Shown here in pieces: positions 62,609 to 64,000 of a stretch of DNA of 64,000 bases. The notes beneath the pieces are model-generated. The model saw nothing but the letters and a program-made list of their open reading frames with translations. It ran no database searches and had not been told where the DNA came from. Position 1 is the first letter of the stretch; each line of letters begins with the position of its first letter. A program made the translations under genes and the position numbers. Source of the DNA: Paraspadella gotoi (lineage: Eukaryota > Animalia > Chaetognatha); NCBI GenBank assembly GCA_051294375.1, contig CM119271.1:4976188-5040187 (forward strand). The letters are read 5' to 3'.

Positions 62609-64000
62609 ATGACTACGTTAAATCTCACCAACCGAACTGCCGATCCGCAGGACCTCACCAACCGAACTGCCGATCCGCAGGACTTCCTGGATTCGGCGGC
62701 GGCGGAAACTGGAAGACGAATCTTTGGGAGATTCCCGCTTTGGGTCGCCCCTTTAGATTGGGTGGGGTTTTTCACTTTTAAGAATTATAATTAATTTGAG
62801 CAACTCGTTATAAAAAATTGAGTAGGAAAAAAAATACCGGGCTCTCGATATCCGGAGTAAAACTATGTAGTTCAAGTTCAGCCAATCTATTGATGGAATT
62901 TATCTTCATTTTTGATCTTATTATTCCGCCGATTTTCACTCAGGCGACCTCTACGACGCGAGGCGAGATGTAATTCTCAAAGGTGAGGTAATTCCGTTTT
63001 GAAATTTCGGGTTCGAGATTAAAATCTGCAAACTTAAACCCTGCTCACAAAATCGCTCTGGTCGTAACAAAACAATTACGCTATAAAAATGAAAGGAAAA
63101 TAAAATGTTTCATCGTCCGAGTCCACCACCCGAGTCGACACCCAAAGTCAAACCAGCCCAATCAACCACTCAAGTCGAAATCTCTCCACCCAACTCCGAA
63201 CAGGCCCGACGATCTGGAAGGACGAGAGACTCCAAGACTTCGTGGAGACGCCGGCGGCGAAGACGGACATCCAAGTCTCCGCCTCCAACGGGATCGAGGA
63301 AAAGGCGAGCGATCTCAACATCGGCGCCAGCCTGAAGGTTGAAGGGGGTCGGCTGGGGTTGTAGTCCAGCCTCGAAGATGGCGATAATGATTGGTTAAGG
63401 AAATGGTAGAGAGAAACAACCTCCAAAGTCACGAATCAGTCAGGAATCGGAGGACTTCGCAGTTTTTAAAATTCAAGTGTGGACGCGACAATTTTCAGAA
63501 AATTCGCCTCCACAGATTGTTTAATAAGGAATAGAGTTGGAGATCAATATCCAAACATTGTCGTCCTCTTCAGTGTTTAAAAAAAGTTTTACACATGTGC
63601 CACTAGAACCAAGACTAATCAACGATTCAAATTGGCGCTTTAGTTAGCCAAAGTTTCTTCTCTCCCGAAGTTTCGGCGTTGGCGCCGTGTCAAGCCACGC
63701 GAGAAGAGAGACATGCCCGCTTTTGCCGCGTTACTGTCACATCCGATTTTTTAAGACTGACAGTATGACTGACACTGACGCTTCGCCATTGACTTTCTCA
63801 ATTCGACGTTTAATAATAAAAGCATAAGACAACATCAATAGCAGAAAGCCTTTCCCGCAGCAATCTCTTCCCCAAACTCCAGCTCTCGTTTCTCAGCGGC
63901 CTTGTCAAGGTCTCCGGCAGCGCGGAATATCTCGACAGCCGGAAGCGCGTCTCCACCCAAGCGCGCGTCAGTCTGTCCTATCACTCTCACACTTTTAATC
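62609..64000 (+). CDS. Stonustoxin/verrucotoxin (SNTX/VTX)-like MACPF/CDC pore-forming protein, 5' part; runs off the right edge
   Basis: Spliced exons ...-62761, 62944-62982, 63204-63337 and 63883->64000 read EIPALGRPFRLG|DLYDARRDVILKG|PTIWKDERLQDFVETPAAKTDIQVSASNGIEEKASDLNIGASLK|LSFLSGLVKVSGSAEYLDSRKRVSTQARVSLSY. This matches the SNTX N-terminal pattern ALGRPFxLGxLYDAR...ASL.SFLGGLVEVxGSAKYL...RVTLxY. The start is uncertain: ATG 62609 is out of frame with the motif, with a frameshift near 62722-62729. Confidence 0.85.
62624..62683 (+). repeat. Perfect 30-bp tandem duplication
   Basis: ctcaccaaccgaactgccgatccgcaggac x2; encodes LTNRTADPQD x2 in the ATG-62609 frame. Confidence 0.95.

Overview
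Eukaryotic (invertebrate animal) draft-assembly window with many N gaps, microsatellites and indel-rich duplicated blocks. I reconstructed five intron-containing genes by hand. (1) The 5' ankyrin-repeat part of tankyrase (minus, runs off the left edge). (2) A secreted astacin metalloprotease with a Cys-rich segment, a (GGD)12 linker and two ShKT domains (minus). (3) Bifunctional PAICS (plus); its middle ~10.9 kb is present in inverted orientation, probably a mis-assembly. (4) A GPI-anchored Ly6/uPAR (three-finger-fold) gene nested antisense in the last PAICS intron. (5) The 5' part of a stonustoxin/verrucotoxin-like pore-forming toxin gene (plus, runs off the right edge). Genes 4 and 5 are largely invisible in the ORF track. 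Mobile DNA includes two related TRIM-like mini-LTR elements plus a solo LTR (one element has a visible empty site and a 4-bp TSD; the LTR hairpins covary between the two families), four copies of a tRNA-headed SINE-like repeat, and a foldback MITE-like palindrome. The 12-39 kb region is mostly redundant, error-rich non-coding sequence. All family calls come from recalled motifs; no database search was run.
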